Shown here piece after piece: positions 39,784-52,950 of a stretch of DNA of 64,000 nt. The translations under genes were made by a program, and so were the position numbers. The notes beneath the pieces were generated by a model. The model worked only from the letters and a program-made list of their open reading frames with translations, was not told the DNA's origin and ran no database searches. The DNA lies in assembly GCA_964016885.1 (NCBI GenBank), contig OZ024743.1, positions 341,124,001 through 341,188,000 on the forward strand, written 5' to 3'. This stretch comes from Eledone cirrhosa. Its lineage: Eukaryota. Within the stretch, counting starts at the first letter, position 1, and each line of letters opens with the position of its first letter.

Positions 39784-40174
39784 TTATACATGTATATATA
39801 TATATACATGCTTATATATGCAAATAAACATTTCAGAGTCTTTAGCTATGAATTTTGGAAGGAAATTCCAGCAGAAGCAGGGGTGGGTCTATTATTTCTG
39901 ACTTCGGTTGTTATCAAGACCATGTTCCTTCACACTGTTCTCTGCTAGAATTCAATTTAGGTGAAAACATATTTTTGATTCCTATGTACATTGGCTGATG
40001 AGCCTCATTTGCATATGGAGGCGAGGGCTATACAAATACACACACGCGCGCACTTACATAAATAAATAAATAAATATATATATATATATCAAAGAATTTG
40101 TCATGTATCAGGTTTGTATAGAGGACCGGACTGAAAGACCGAAACCCCCCCACACACACACATAGACACACACA

Positions 40175-40257
<83 letters not shown>

Positions 40258-40689
40258 ATGTGTATATATGTGTACACGCATACAAACCTGACAAATTCTT
40301 TGATATACGCACTAAAATACTGCAGAACTCTAACGTTTAAAAGTATAGATCTTGATTAACGCAATAATATTGTATTCACACCACCACTAATATTCCAATA
40401 TCAAAGTGTAATTTTATTATCTTAGTTTAGCACCAAATTAAAGCTGGTTGATTAGATCTGTTATCAAAATCATTTCAGCTGAACCAACTGGATACTTATT
40501 CAGACATAGTATATCGACAATGCCTTATCCAACCATTCGTTCCTTTTGTGGGTGTTTAGCGTTAAATTGATATAGACTGAGCAAACAAGTGGTAACACTC
40601 TGTCCAGTCATGTACATGTTTTATCTTTTATATGCAGACATACTTATTGTTAAACCCAGTATACATACATATATACATGATAGCAAGCT

Positions 40690-41660
40690 CCAGAATGAGA
40701 GTAATACAGATAAGGAAAGTAGTCTATCTAGGACTAACAACCGCTATATTGGCTCCCACTTTGAAGGATACGTTTTTGCAATCTGAGAACAGGAGATTAA
40801 CACGAAATACCGGATTCACAAAAGAGATAGGGATGCAGGCAAATCACCTAGATGTGATAACAAGTGCAGACTCTGCAGAACAAACATCGCGGATATCACC
40901 CATGTCATCAGCAGCTGATCAAATATGTCATCGCGGTACTATCTACCTATGAGGCATGATGCAGTGGCCAAAACAATGTACAATGCAGTTCGTAAAAAAG
41001 ATAGCCCCGATAATAAACACATTAAAAGCTACAGCAATGTGGAAGACATCCATGTACATAATATGAAAGAGTACTGGTGGAATGTTCCAGTAAAAACCCC
41101 AATAGAATGCAGGCATAACAGACCAGATATTATATGGGAGAGGGAGAAGAAAGCATGCAGTAGTGGAAATTAGCTGCCCAGCAGATGCCAATATAATATC
41201 AAAGATTAGTTAAAAGGAGAATATGTATGCAGAACTGATGAGAAATCTGCAGATACTCCACCTTGATTACACCTTCAGATTTATGCCTGTGATTATTGGG
41301 GCACTGGGGTATGTTAGTAACTGCCTCAATACAAATCTTGAGAAGCTAGGCTTCACAGGAACAGAAAGAACACAACTAGTTAGAAAATTACAAATACAAT
41401 CCAGTAAAAATATGTAAAACATTCCAAAAATTGTGCATCTAATAACTGCATATACGCAACTACAGATGCAAAGCATATACATATGAACACATACAACTCA
41501 AAACATCCACATCCACACATACAATAACATCCATATCTACACATGCATGCATACATATCTAACTAGTTGATGTTGTGTAAATTCCAATGAGAGAGTCTTG
41601 TGTCTATGCGAGAAACCGACTCTCTCTCTATTGGTAAAACTTTGTGAAATTATAAAACCA
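40690..41660 (+). pseudogene. 3' fragment of an RLE-type (R4/Dong-like) non-LTR retrotransposon
   Basis: CRLC..THVISSC knuckle, RHDAVAK, NRPDII, EISCP, K..YAEL, PVIIGALG; stop and frameshifts. Confidence 0.75.
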
Positions 41661-41719
41661 GAAGAACATACATACATACACATATATATATATATATACA
41701 TATATATACATATATATAT

Positions 41720-42098
<379 letters not shown>

Positions 42099-42194
42099 TA
42101 TATAATAACTTGTGTGTTACACCTCTATTCTTTTAAATATATATATATATATATATGTAAGTATATATATATATATATATGTATATATCTATCT

Positions 42195-42984
42195 AGGGCG
42201 GGTAACATTCCCGAGATCCATGGACGAGTTCTCTCCAGCGGTCTCTGTCCCTCATTATCCCTGCCATGTCCTGCGTCTCCAACAGACCAGTGTCTATCCT
42301 TAGGGCATCAACATACGTTAACCTTGGTCTTCCTCTTCCAGTGTGTCCATGTAGGGTCTCCCACAGGAGCACTGAGTGCAATGTCAACTCCGGATGTCGG
42401 TGAGCATGTCCAGCTAACCTCAGTCTCAGAGCAGGAGAGTTAAGGCGAAGAAGGTATCAGATGCTGAATTTGCCGACGACATAGTTTTGGTGACAAATAC
42501 AGTGAAGGAGACAGAGAATTTGATGCGGGAGGTTGAAACTGTGTCGATGAATGTTGGGCAGAGAATGAATGAGACTAAAACAAAATATCTGGTAGAGAAT
42601 GTTGAGAAGCCAGAGGGGATCACTAATGTAGGCGAGAAGCCGCTAGAATTTGTTGAGGGCTTCCTGTATGTGGGAGCAAAGATTGGGAATACGGCGAATG
42701 ATGTGGTTGAGAGGAAGCGCAAAGCCTGGGCGGCGTGCCACAGCTTGAGGTCGGTGTGGAAGTCGGACCTTCGTAAAGACCTGAAAATCCACCTCTTCAT
42801 TGCTGTAGTGGAGTCTGTGCTGCTGTACGGGTCTGAGACTTGGATACTGACCAAGAAACTCACTCAGATGGTGGATGGGTGCTACACGAGAATGCTGAGG
42901 ATGGCTCTGAACATTACGCAGTATACACTGTGCATAAAAAAACTCAGAGCTGTATGGTAGCCTCCCAAAAGTCAGCTCAAATGT
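42195..42984 (-). mobile_element. 5'-truncated, 5'-inverted RTE-like LINE
   Basis: Plus segment DAEFADDIVL...VLLYGSETW..LRMALN; minus segment LRLRLAGH..LLWE..GRGRPRLTYVD..MRDRDRW ending in TAGATAGA. Confidence 0.8.
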
Positions 42985-43008
42985 GATATGTATATATATA
43001 TATATATA

Positions 43009-43627
43009 TAATTAAATTAAAAATGTACATCCACATATGTATACTGAAATACTAGTATGCATATGAATACACACACGTGTACATATGTAGATGTACCGAG
43101 TTTTTCACTGGACACTTTACTGTGAGTGTCCAGCTATTCTGTATGTAAACACAGTTATTTGTTTTTATCGTCTCCGCTGAACCGGTACGTACTCACGCTC
43201 TATGCAAATTAGTCTGCCCACTACTAATTTTCATAGAAAAAGCATATAACGATATGTGCTTTTACGATTCTCTAGAAAGGCCGGAAGATAGGTAAATATT
43301 GCTGATGAGATGTAACAACATCGAAACTAGTCCAATATTCCTTGTCTGGCTTTCTGGAGAATAGAGGAAAGGTGTTTCCTCGAAAACCAGTATGACTCTA
43401 AAAACCGGTTTGTCTGTGTGTTTACATACAGAATAGCTGGACACTCACAGTAAAGTGTCCAGTGAAAAACTCGGTACATCTACATATGTACACGTGTGTG
43501 TATTCATATGCATACTAGTATTTCAGTATACATATGTGGATGTACATTTTTAATTTAATTGTTTAAGCGTCAGTCATACAAAAGTGAGTTACAAACGAAA
43601 CGAAATTTAATTTCGTTTCGTTATTTG

Positions 43628-43634
<7 letters not shown>
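43009..43634 (+). mobile_element. Non-coding ~466-bp HHR unit (43154-43634) with an inverted 5' piece (43009-43153), in (TA)n
   Basis: gttatttgtttttat repeated at 43154 and 43620; 43009-43153 is the reverse complement of 43413-43560; 3' fragment also at 58520-58615. Confidence 0.75.
43295..43339 (+). ncRNA. Canonical minimal type I hammerhead ribozyme
   Basis: aatattg CTGATGA gatgt aaca acatc GAAA ctag TC caatatt; perfect stems I and II, palindromic stem III, GUC cleavage triplet. Confidence 0.88.
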
Positions 43635-43659
<25 letters not shown>

Positions 43660-43662
<3 letters not shown>

Positions 43663-43843
43663 TTAATATAGAAGAGATTCTACAGGATTTCACTCATTAG
43701 AAGTCATCAGAGATTCCTGATGATTTCTAATGAGTGAAACAGTTCTAGTCCTGTAGAATCTCTTCTATATTAAAACTATTATACTCTGCTATGTATTGAG
43801 TACCTTACTTACTGTGGTTACCTCCGATTCAACCCGGAATAAC

Positions 43844-43845
<2 letters not shown>
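43660..43845 (+). mobile_element. Family A stub with 5' inversion and hammerhead-like core
   Basis: 43660-43710 is an inversion of 43718-43778; CTGATGA tttctaatgagt GAAA cagttctag TC; (TA)n on both sides. Confidence 0.6.
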
Positions 43846-43879
<34 letters not shown>

Positions 43880-43883
<4 letters not shown>

Positions 43884-45420
43884 TAAAATAACAGATTAAA
43901 GTTTAAGCAAAGAATCGCTGCTTTCACCCTTAACGGGATCTTCTGAAACTAACAAAGTCAATCTGTAAACGCAGAACTGGATATTTCAAAAAACCTTGCA
44001 ACCGGAGGAAGACAGGAAGACGATACTTTGGTTCGTGGTAACGTTCGCTGGCAAAGAACGGGAAAAAACGAATAATACGTCATTAATAGGAGCGGTGAAA
44101 AACAATTACGCGCAAAGGCAGAACCACGTTTATGGTATAAAAGAGGTCGTAGACTAATGTTCTCTTAGGTGGTGCATAGAGACGTTCTCTGGCAATGAAC
44201 GAAAAAACGAAGATAATAAGTCATATGTGGACCGTGGAGAACAATAGCACGCAAAGACAAAACCACGTAAATGGTATAGCAGAAGTCGTAGACTAAAATT
44301 AATCTCCGCTACGGAGTTAAGAACAAAGTAAATAAATACAATACAGAAGTAATAGAAACAAATAAATACATACATGCAAACAGATACGTACATACACAAG
44401 CATACGCAACACCTTACCATAGGTATACAAAACCACGCACATATAAATACGTGTGCTTGTGTGTATGCTTGTGTACAAATAAATAAATAATTATATCAAC
44501 GTATATAAGTAAATAAATACGTATATAACAAGCGCACACGCATACCTACATATAAATACACGAATGTTCGGAGACGTAAGTCAACTAAAACAAGAAGTAC
44601 ACATATACACCCACCCACCATACGTACGAACCTGCATACTCACGCAGACGCAAAACTCCCGTATACACATAGCCAAACCCTAAATACCAGACTATGTAAA
44701 AATTATACGCCATAACAGTCAAATATACGTACGAGAAAGTATACATACCTTCACAAAACATACGGGTAATATATACTTACCTATGCAAATAAGTAAAGGA
44801 ATAAACAAAACATATACTTAGCTCCCACATCAAGACGTAAAATATCCACGTATAGGTCAAGCTATCCGTTAGGGTATAACGTGGGGCTGTAATACAGGAA
44901 AGCTTTCTGCAATTTATGTTTACAAGCCGAAATTGCCTCAGATTTTTTGTTTAAGATGTGGACTGTGGCGTAGAGTATTTCCAGGGCCTCAGCGGCGCAG
45001 AGGTCACATGGTCTTTTATTTACGTTATACGATCTAGCCCTAGCTAGGATCTCCCAGTGTAACTTATATTGGGTGTGGTTATCTTTTAGACTCCAGATAT
45101 AAGCTGAAAGTGACGTCATATTCCTTCTTAGAGGGTAGCGAAAAGAATGGGTATGCATGTAAAGACGCTGCTTGAAACTATTGGCGGTTAACCCTATGTA
45201 GGCCCTATGGGACGTGGGTGTTACAACCTTACATTTGTAGACAATGTTACTAGAGAGGCATTTCCCGGATAGGGGGCAATCAGCCCGATTCCTACAATTA
45301 CAGTTAGTACTAACTACAGGGTTGCACGTGTTCCTACGGCTAGGTAGTTTAGCTAAATTTGAAGTTGTGATGTTATGTGCAAGGTTAGGAGTCGTAGAGT
45401 AAGACATTTTAATAGTATTT
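43880..45420 (-). mobile_element. 3' fragment of a second Naiad-type PLE (GIY-YIG ORF 44862-45407) between (TA)n tracts
   Basis: NCNCRNRADCPLSGKCLSSNIVYKC, YIGLTANSFKQRLYMH, TSLSAYIWSLKD, CDLCAAE, NKKSEAISACKH. Confidence 0.85.
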
Positions 45421-45422
45421 CT

Positions 45423-45521
<99 letters not shown>

Positions 45522-47390
45522 ACAAAGGAGTTGAATATATTAGTTTATTAGGATCCATTACAGTGTTTTTAAAGCATAATGTTTCTGCGTATATTCTCAT
45601 TCTCTAATGTTCATTTAAAGATCCTGTGTATTTTCCCATCTTAGGAGTATTTTGGAAGAATATCTCTTCATTAGAATTAACTACTATATTTTACTTCCGG
45701 GAAGAGGATGGCGTTTTAGGCACATCATCAGAATCGTAAATATCGTCAAAAAGCTATGTATAATGAATGTATTTAAATGTATATAAATGTAAACAAATAT
45801 ACAGAAATATATAGATAAATATGAAGGTACAGAAATGTTTAAGAAATATGAAATGTATTCGCAATATATAATGAAAAATATATAGACATAAATATATTAT
45901 ATATATTTGCTATATAAACAATAACACATAATGGATTGCCGTAATATGTATCGGGTTTATGCAAATTTGACTAGCCATTTCAGTTAAGTTGTGGTGCTCT
46001 CAGTTATGAGCGTGTGGGTGGAAGAATAAGATACGGTTCTTTCAATGAACGGCTAGTAACTGTGACAGATATATATTTTGGAAGAGATTAGCGAAATATT
46101 TATCACATACCCAAATATATTCCGTTATTATATGGCCTTATACACCCTTGTATATATTTCGATGATGCAAGGCTTATGTATAACATAATCCAAAACATGT
46201 TTTCGTCAGACAAAATGCATAGGAGATGCAGGATTCTTTTGAAATACTGGCGGTCAAACGAGCTGGACAGATAGGTGAGAACCAAGCATATGATTAGAAA
46301 AAAAAACCTAACGCAGACGATGTTACTTAAGTGCGAGAAAAATACAGTTGGACATTACGTTTTTGAAATTATTGGTCCAAATATTGGTCCAAAAATACCT
46401 AAACATAGACGGTTAGTCAGTTTATATGTTACTTTATATATTATACCAAAGAAAAAATATTGTAACTCTAAAGACGAAAAATTAGGATTACAAAATTCAA
46501 AGGTAAATTATCTGTTTGTTTAATTTAAATTAGTATAATATGATTGGAAAAAATATTTAACAATCGTTATGGCTATTTTTATATAACTGATTTGATTATT
46601 ATGTTATGAAACAAATTATTTAGCTCAACAGAAGAGATGCAATTACCGTGGCCTAATTTATCCTTTCAACAATTATATTTAAGTAGGTATAATACGAATA
46701 AAGGAAAATATTAACTATTATAAGAAAAGGTGTATGTTTTATATCCTAGCTTATCAATTTATATCAAATTTAATTTACTTATATACTAAGTATAGATAAG
46801 GTTCATAAAAAGGTGAGAATGAAAAATATCAATTTACTTATTTCGTCTATTCATCTTTATTTTCTATTTAAACATAGTGAAATCGCTTAAAAATTATATT
46901 TAAAGAAATATTACTTATTTCATTTTTTAAAAATTAATTACGTTATGCATGCATATAAATAAGTATACAGAATATAGAAATACATGTTTGTATGAACCCA
47001 TAACTACGGTGCAGTGTGGAGGCGCCGTTGTGTCATACAACGTTTCTTGAGCAATTTGAAAACCGCACAGTGCCAATCTCTTCTCCAGAGCGGACCTCAA
47101 GCTATGTCCCCTAGAGAAGAAGATATAATGATAGTGAGAAGAAATGAAAAAGAGATATAGATGAAGAAACTACTCCAGTACTGTACTAATACTTTCTTCT
47201 CAATCTCGCAAGGATGAAAGACAAAGTTGATCTCAACGAGATTCCTATTCAGAATATAGAGGACCCGACTGAGAGACCGAAAGTATTCTCTAGCCGACGT
47301 TTTAACGTGTTAATATATAGAGATGTGTAAAACGTAAACCGGAATTAATATTTGATAATATAATTATAAGCAAATGACACACACACACAT

Positions 47391-47559
<169 letters not shown>

Positions 47560-47583
47560 TAATATTTATACATATATATATAT

Positions 47584-48099
47584 AAACGGAAAAATAAAAC
47601 GAAATTTCATTTCCCACTCTCTCTCTCTATATATATATATAATATATATAATATTTATATATATGTATATATAAACGGAAAAATAAAACGAAATTTCATT
47701 TCCCACTCTTAGTACGGCTGTTACTTAAATATAAGTATGTATACGTACATACATATATGTATACAGACGTACAGTAGTATGTATATATATATATACATAC
47801 ATGCACACACATATATATGTACGTATGGATTCACCTAACATTTATTATAATGCTCGGTGTGTTTGTAAACAAACATCCCGTATTAAGCCGTAGTGTCTAG
47901 CAACCATCGTTGCTCGTTTGTTCAACACTGACAAAGGAACGCTGTACTAGTTTCAAGCTTATTAGCTATCGTCAGCAACGTATACCTTCCAAACACACCG
48001 AGCATTATAATAAATGTTCGGTGAATCCATACGTGCATATATATATGTGTGCATGTATGTATATATATATATATACATACTACTGTACGTATACATACT

Positions 48100-48100
<1 letters not shown>
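47584..48100 (-). mobile_element. Partial copy of the ~428-bp HHR unit family with an inverted piece (47991-48100)
   Basis: Nearly identical to 57228-58497 sequences; intact HHR at 47939-47981. Confidence 0.8.
47939..47981 (-). ncRNA. Minimal type I hammerhead ribozyme
   Basis: acgttg CTGACGA t agct aata agct t GAAA ctag TA cagcgt. Confidence 0.85.
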
Positions 48101-48132
<32 letters not shown>

Positions 48133-48605
48133 TTCTCACACATATATAAACCTACATACGCACATATATGTCTTTCATAGGACCTATGAAAGATACTTAT
48201 AAATATTCTTCGTAAAATATAATACATAAACAAATTGTAGTTATGAAGTTTGATAAATAAGGTTAATTTAAGAGGGGAAATTCTTGATGAAGGACCATGC
48301 AATGCACAACGTGACTAATACATAAACTGTTAAAAGAGGTTAAAAATCAAAATTCACACTGTTATGTGTACAAATGACAGGAAGATAAACTACATACCGA
48401 AACAGATTAAACATTAAAATATAGGAAAAGTAAATCAAATATAAATATAAGATATATTTAAATTATTTTGGCTAAAAGTGATTGCATGAATCAAATAAAA
48501 TATTATCAAGAATTATTGTTATAAAATTAATTATAAATTTATAAATTTGCCAGGCACTATATATATATATGTATGTATATATGTATATATATATATATAT
48601 ATATA

Positions 48606-49134
48606 TGGTCGGGTCGTTGGCGTCTAAACTGGCAACCCCACCAAGGTTTCTTGGTGAGGAGGGTGACTTTGGACATCCTGCAGGAATAAAAACAAAACCT
48701 GTCAATGGCCATCCACAATCACTGGGAGAGATGACCCTTTAGCCTTTGTCAAGGCAGAATTCTAGGAGAAGGAAAACTCTGATATAACACCTGCAACCCT
48801 GATGGTATCCAATGATGTTGACTTGTTCTTCTTTTTGGTAAATATCATCTTAGTTAAGAGAGTGGGACTGGCTTTGTGCAGTGCCTTTGCTCACTATAAA
48901 AGCTTCACGGCACAGGCATTGCTTTATATCTGGAGATCTCTCTTTACTTGTCGTCACATGGTACCATGGGCCCAGCACTATGTGTCAATAATTGTCACAA
49001 GTGTAGTGATTGTACCAGAGTTTTCACGTCGCTGGCTGGGCTAAAAAGCCACACTCGTCCAGCGCATCGGTAGGTTTTCTCCTACATGGATATAAAATAG
49101 TGGCCGTACTCGAAAACGAGTTGGCAGCCACCAT
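48606..49134 (+). mobile_element. Apparently complete ~525-bp non-coding element in (TA)n, carrying an RTE-5'UTR-like motif
   Basis: Starts atggtcgggtc and ends gcagccaccat; contains ctaggagaaggaaaactctgat; flanking sequence duplicated on both sides. Confidence 0.6.
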
Positions 49135-49245
49135 ATATATATATAATGCATGGCAAATATATAAATTTATAATCAATTTTATGACAATATTTTTGATCAT
49201 AATTTAGCAAAAATAATTTAAATATATCTTATATTTATATTTGAT

Positions 49246-51048
49246 GTGCCTGTGTGTGTGTATGTGTGTTGGTGTGTGTGTGTGTGTGTGTGTGAGATGT
49301 CCCCAGATGTGTGTGACAGCACGGAGGACCTCCTCAGCAGAATCGGCGCGGGTAACCGATCTGGGGACCTAACAAACTGCATAATAGGCAGTATGGATGT
49401 TGTGTCCCTGTATCCATCTATTGACGTGGATTTTGCTGTGGAGAAATGCGTAGAAATGATCAGCGAGAGCAAGGTTGAGTTCCGTGGGATTGATACCAAT
49501 GAGCTGGGACTTCTACTTAAGCTTACCCATAGTAATAGTTACCTAGACACTTATGACCTTAGCAACCTGTGCCCTACAAGACCAGCAAGAGGCAGACCAC
49601 CTACCATTACCTCAATGGCCAAGAAAACCCACACAGATAGATGGAACGGGTGGACCAGAGCCATACGGACACCCGAAAACCACGACGAACTGAAGAAAAT
49701 GATTGCACATGCGGTAGGGGCCAGCATAAAATTAACCCTTAAGGAACATATGTTCAAATTTAATGGTAAAACATATGCCCAAGAGGAAGGAGCAGCCATT
49801 GGTGTTAGCATTGCAGGCGACATAGTTAACTTATTCATGGTATGGTGGGACAGTAGACTTAAACAAAAACTTAATGAACAATTAGAAGACAGCTTAACCC
49901 TGATAATGTACTCCCGCTACGTAGATGATATAAACATCGTAGTTAAGACACCCCCACTAAAGCACAGTCAGGAACTAGAGAAAAACACAATGGAAAGCAT
50001 CCAGCAAATAGCAAACTCCATCCACCAGAGCATTAGAGTTACTATAGACTACCCAAGTAGACACCCCAACCATCGATTACCTGTACTAGACACAGAGCTC
50101 TGGTTAGATACCATTAACAACCAAAAACAAATCTTCCATTCCCATTATGCCAAACCCATGACTTCCAAACATCTGATCCACCGAAACTCGGCCATTTCGG
50201 ACCATACCAAAATCAACATACTGATTGCGGATTTGGTACGGGTGATGAGAAATGTGTCCCGCATGTGCAACCCCGAAGAACTAGAGAGACACATACAACA
50301 CTTCATCTACCGTATGCAGTTCTCTGGCTACAATCAGAGAGATAGAATCAGAGTGTATAAAGGAGCCAGAACCAAATGGGAAAAAATGGTAAATAATGAC
50401 ATAAATGGGACCTGCCCCTTGTATAGGAGCAAATTTTGGAATAGAATAGAAAGAACTAGGAACAAGGCCAATAAAATAAACTCATGGTATGATAGCAATA
50501 AATACCAGAGTGTAATGTTCATCAATACAACCCCTAGAGGCGAACTAGCCTACAAATTTAGAAGGGCCCTAAATAAACATAACCTCAATATTAAGATAGT
50601 AGAAAGACCTGGTACCTCCGTAAAAACACTTATTAGCAAGACATACCCGTTCCAAAGACCCTCATGTATAGATAAGAAATGTATAACCTGTAAAATAAGC
50701 CCCCATATTAACTGTAAAACTAGAAATGTAGTGTATAGCATAAGATGTACTGAAGGACAATGTAGAAACAAAAATATAGTGTACATAGGTGAGACAGCTC
50801 GTAGTATAGGGGAACGAATAAATGAACACTGGCGAGACCTCCAAGATAATAAAGAATCATCTGTGCTCTACCAACATGCTAAGATAGAACACAGGGGTAG
50901 ATTAGAGAGCATAGAAATAAAAATAGAATCCACGCACAGAAAAGACGCAATGTTTAGGCAAATTACAGAGGCAGTAAGCATAAAAGAATTAAAACCAAAA
51001 TTAAATAGAAAATATGAGTGGAAAAGCAACATCACAACTTACAATTAA
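49246..51048 (+). CDS. PLE polyprotein fragment (RT + Cys-rich linker + GIY-YIG); first ~17 aa are (TG)n-derived
   Basis: GSMDVVSLYPSID, EGAAIG, YSRYVDD, LPVLD, MQFSGY, CIDKKCITC, NVVYSIRC..YIGETARSIGERINEH, RQITEA; no internal stops. Confidence 0.9.
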   Translation: MPVCVYVCWCVCVCVCEMSPDVCDSTEDLLSRIGAGNRSGDLTNCIIGSMDVVSLYPSIDVDFAVEKCVEMISESKVEFRGIDTNELGLLLKLTHSNSYLDTYDLSNLCPTRPARGRPPTITSMAKKTHTDRWNGWTRAIRTPENHDELKKMIAHAVGASIKLTLKEHMFKFNGKTYAQEEGAAIGVSIAGDIVNLFMVWWDSRLKQKLNEQLEDSLTLIMYSRYVDDINIVVKTPPLKHSQELEKNTMESIQQIANSIHQSIRVTIDYPSRHPNHRLPVLDTELWLDTINNQKQIFHSHYAKPMTSKHLIHRNSAISDHTKINILIADLVRVMRNVSRMCNPEELERHIQHFIYRMQFSGYNQRDRIRVYKGARTKWEKMVNNDINGTCPLYRSKFWNRIERTRNKANKINSWYDSNKYQSVMFINTTPRGELAYKFRRALNKHNLNIKIVERPGTSVKTLISKTYPFQRPSCIDKKCITCKISPHINCKTRNVVYSIRCTEGQCRNKNIVYIGETARSIGERINEHWRDLQDNKESSVLYQHAKIEHRGRLESIEIKIESTHRKDAMFRQITEAVSIKELKPKLNRKYEWKSNITTYN

Positions 51049-51585
51049 GGACAAAATGAAAACACACACACACATAGAACAAACAACTTACAATTGAAAA
51101 CACACACAAAATGAAAACACACACAGGACAAAATGAAAACACACACATAGAACAAACAACCAACCAACAATAAATAAATAAACAAATAGAAAAATGAACA
51201 CAAACACACACAGACACCCGGATGTGGCACATGCGCAAACTGAGCACACAACACACACACAGAAACAAAATGGCGTAGGATAGAAGAAAGAAAAGGCACA
51301 GAAACGAAGAAAGGAATCCCCAGTCACTGAAGAGGTCACAGAGTGTGTGACGAAAGGACTATGACTATATATATAAACAACTATCTGGTTGTGGAACCAA
51401 CCAACCAACCAGAAATTTATAGGTTTGTAGATTTGTAAATTTATAAATTTATAAATATATAATAAATTGAAGTGAAAGCAACTGGTGCGTGTGTATTGGC
51501 AACATGACCCTCCCAAAGTATAACAATATCGGTTTCAACACACGATTTCAGATAAAGAATCTTGCTAAACAAATTCAGAAACGAT
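49298..51585 (+). mobile_element. 5'-truncated Penelope-like element with open RT-GIY-YIG frame and 3' pLTR/HHR
   Basis: Starts after (TG)n, ends at (TA)n; ORF plus hammerhead at 51322-51366. Confidence 0.9.
51322..51366 (+). ncRNA. Minimal type I hammerhead ribozyme in PLE pLTR
   Basis: agtca CTGAAGA g gtcaca..tgtgac GAAA ggac TA tgact; homologues at 60497-60541 (-), 58932-58976 (-, mutated core) and ~1262-1308 (+, degenerate). Confidence 0.8.
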
Positions 51586-51603
51586 ATATATATATATATT
51601 TAC

Positions 51604-51727
<124 letters not shown>

Positions 51728-52304
51728 ATTTATATATATATATATATATCATAAATCATGTCCTTAGAATTATTAGATAAAATATCTACCATTTCCTCTC
51801 CCAATTACCATAATTAACCATGGAAATGGTATATATTTTATCTAATAATTCTAAGGACATGATTTATGATATATTGCTCTGATTATATAATTTATTAATT
51901 CTTCATTGAGCCACAACGTGACCGGTTGAAAAACATATATATCTATGACTTTATGTATATGTAAATCTTTATATTATATATATTCTCAAAGAGAATCGTT
52001 TTTACTGAAAATATCTAATAATGTACACCATTTTACCAGTATCACAACAATACTGGTTCACCCACACAAACACACACACATTCTCATACACACACACACA
52101 TATATATACACACACACGCATATATACACACATACATACACACGCGTACATTAACATACAAAGAGACATACACACACACACACACACACATACACTTCTC
52201 CGTATAAGACAAGAGCTGAAAAATATCTTTTAACATGTTAAAATATCCCCCACACACTTACATACACATTCCTACTGACCATCCGTCTACCACGAATTAC
52301 TCTG

Positions 52305-52341
<37 letters not shown>

Positions 52342-52860
52342 TGTCTTAATAGGCATTTGAACTGTCAACAGGCTGCGGTTCGCACACACATCCCTGCTGA
52401 CCATTATCACAACAACGAGCCTCTTTACTACTACTACTACACACACACACACATATTTGTTTTGAAAGACTTATTTTTCAGTGACTTCTCAATCAGCCGA
52501 CACAAACCTACAATTGGCGCAAAATCAATTTTTAACATTCACATGACCTCTACCGACCAATCAACATTGTTTTGACCACAAGAATTTTTGCAACACGAAT
52601 TGGCGCGAAACTTATTTTAATACCTCTGGAGCCACTTTTTTCACATAAAAACAGCTAGAATTTCTAAAACTAATCAGATCAGAGCAAACATCACGGACGC
52701 TCTATCTCAAAATTATTTTTGAAAAGCATTTAGAAATGCTCAACCGGTAAAACTTAAAACCAAAACTGAATACTAACCAATACTATTACTAATTTTCACT
52801 TATTCCTAATTAAACTATTTTTCACTGTGAACAATTTGTCAGCATTTTCTTTTCAGTTTA

Positions 52861-52950
<90 letters not shown>

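Noticed and set aside
45540-45740. CTGATGA and a distant GAAA on the minus strand near a (TA)n end
   Set aside because: Stems and cleavage triplet are not recoverable; at best a heavily decayed HHR
52690-52750. Two hairpins around GAAA near an element 3' end
   Set aside because: No CUGANGA core and no UH cleavage site in either copy
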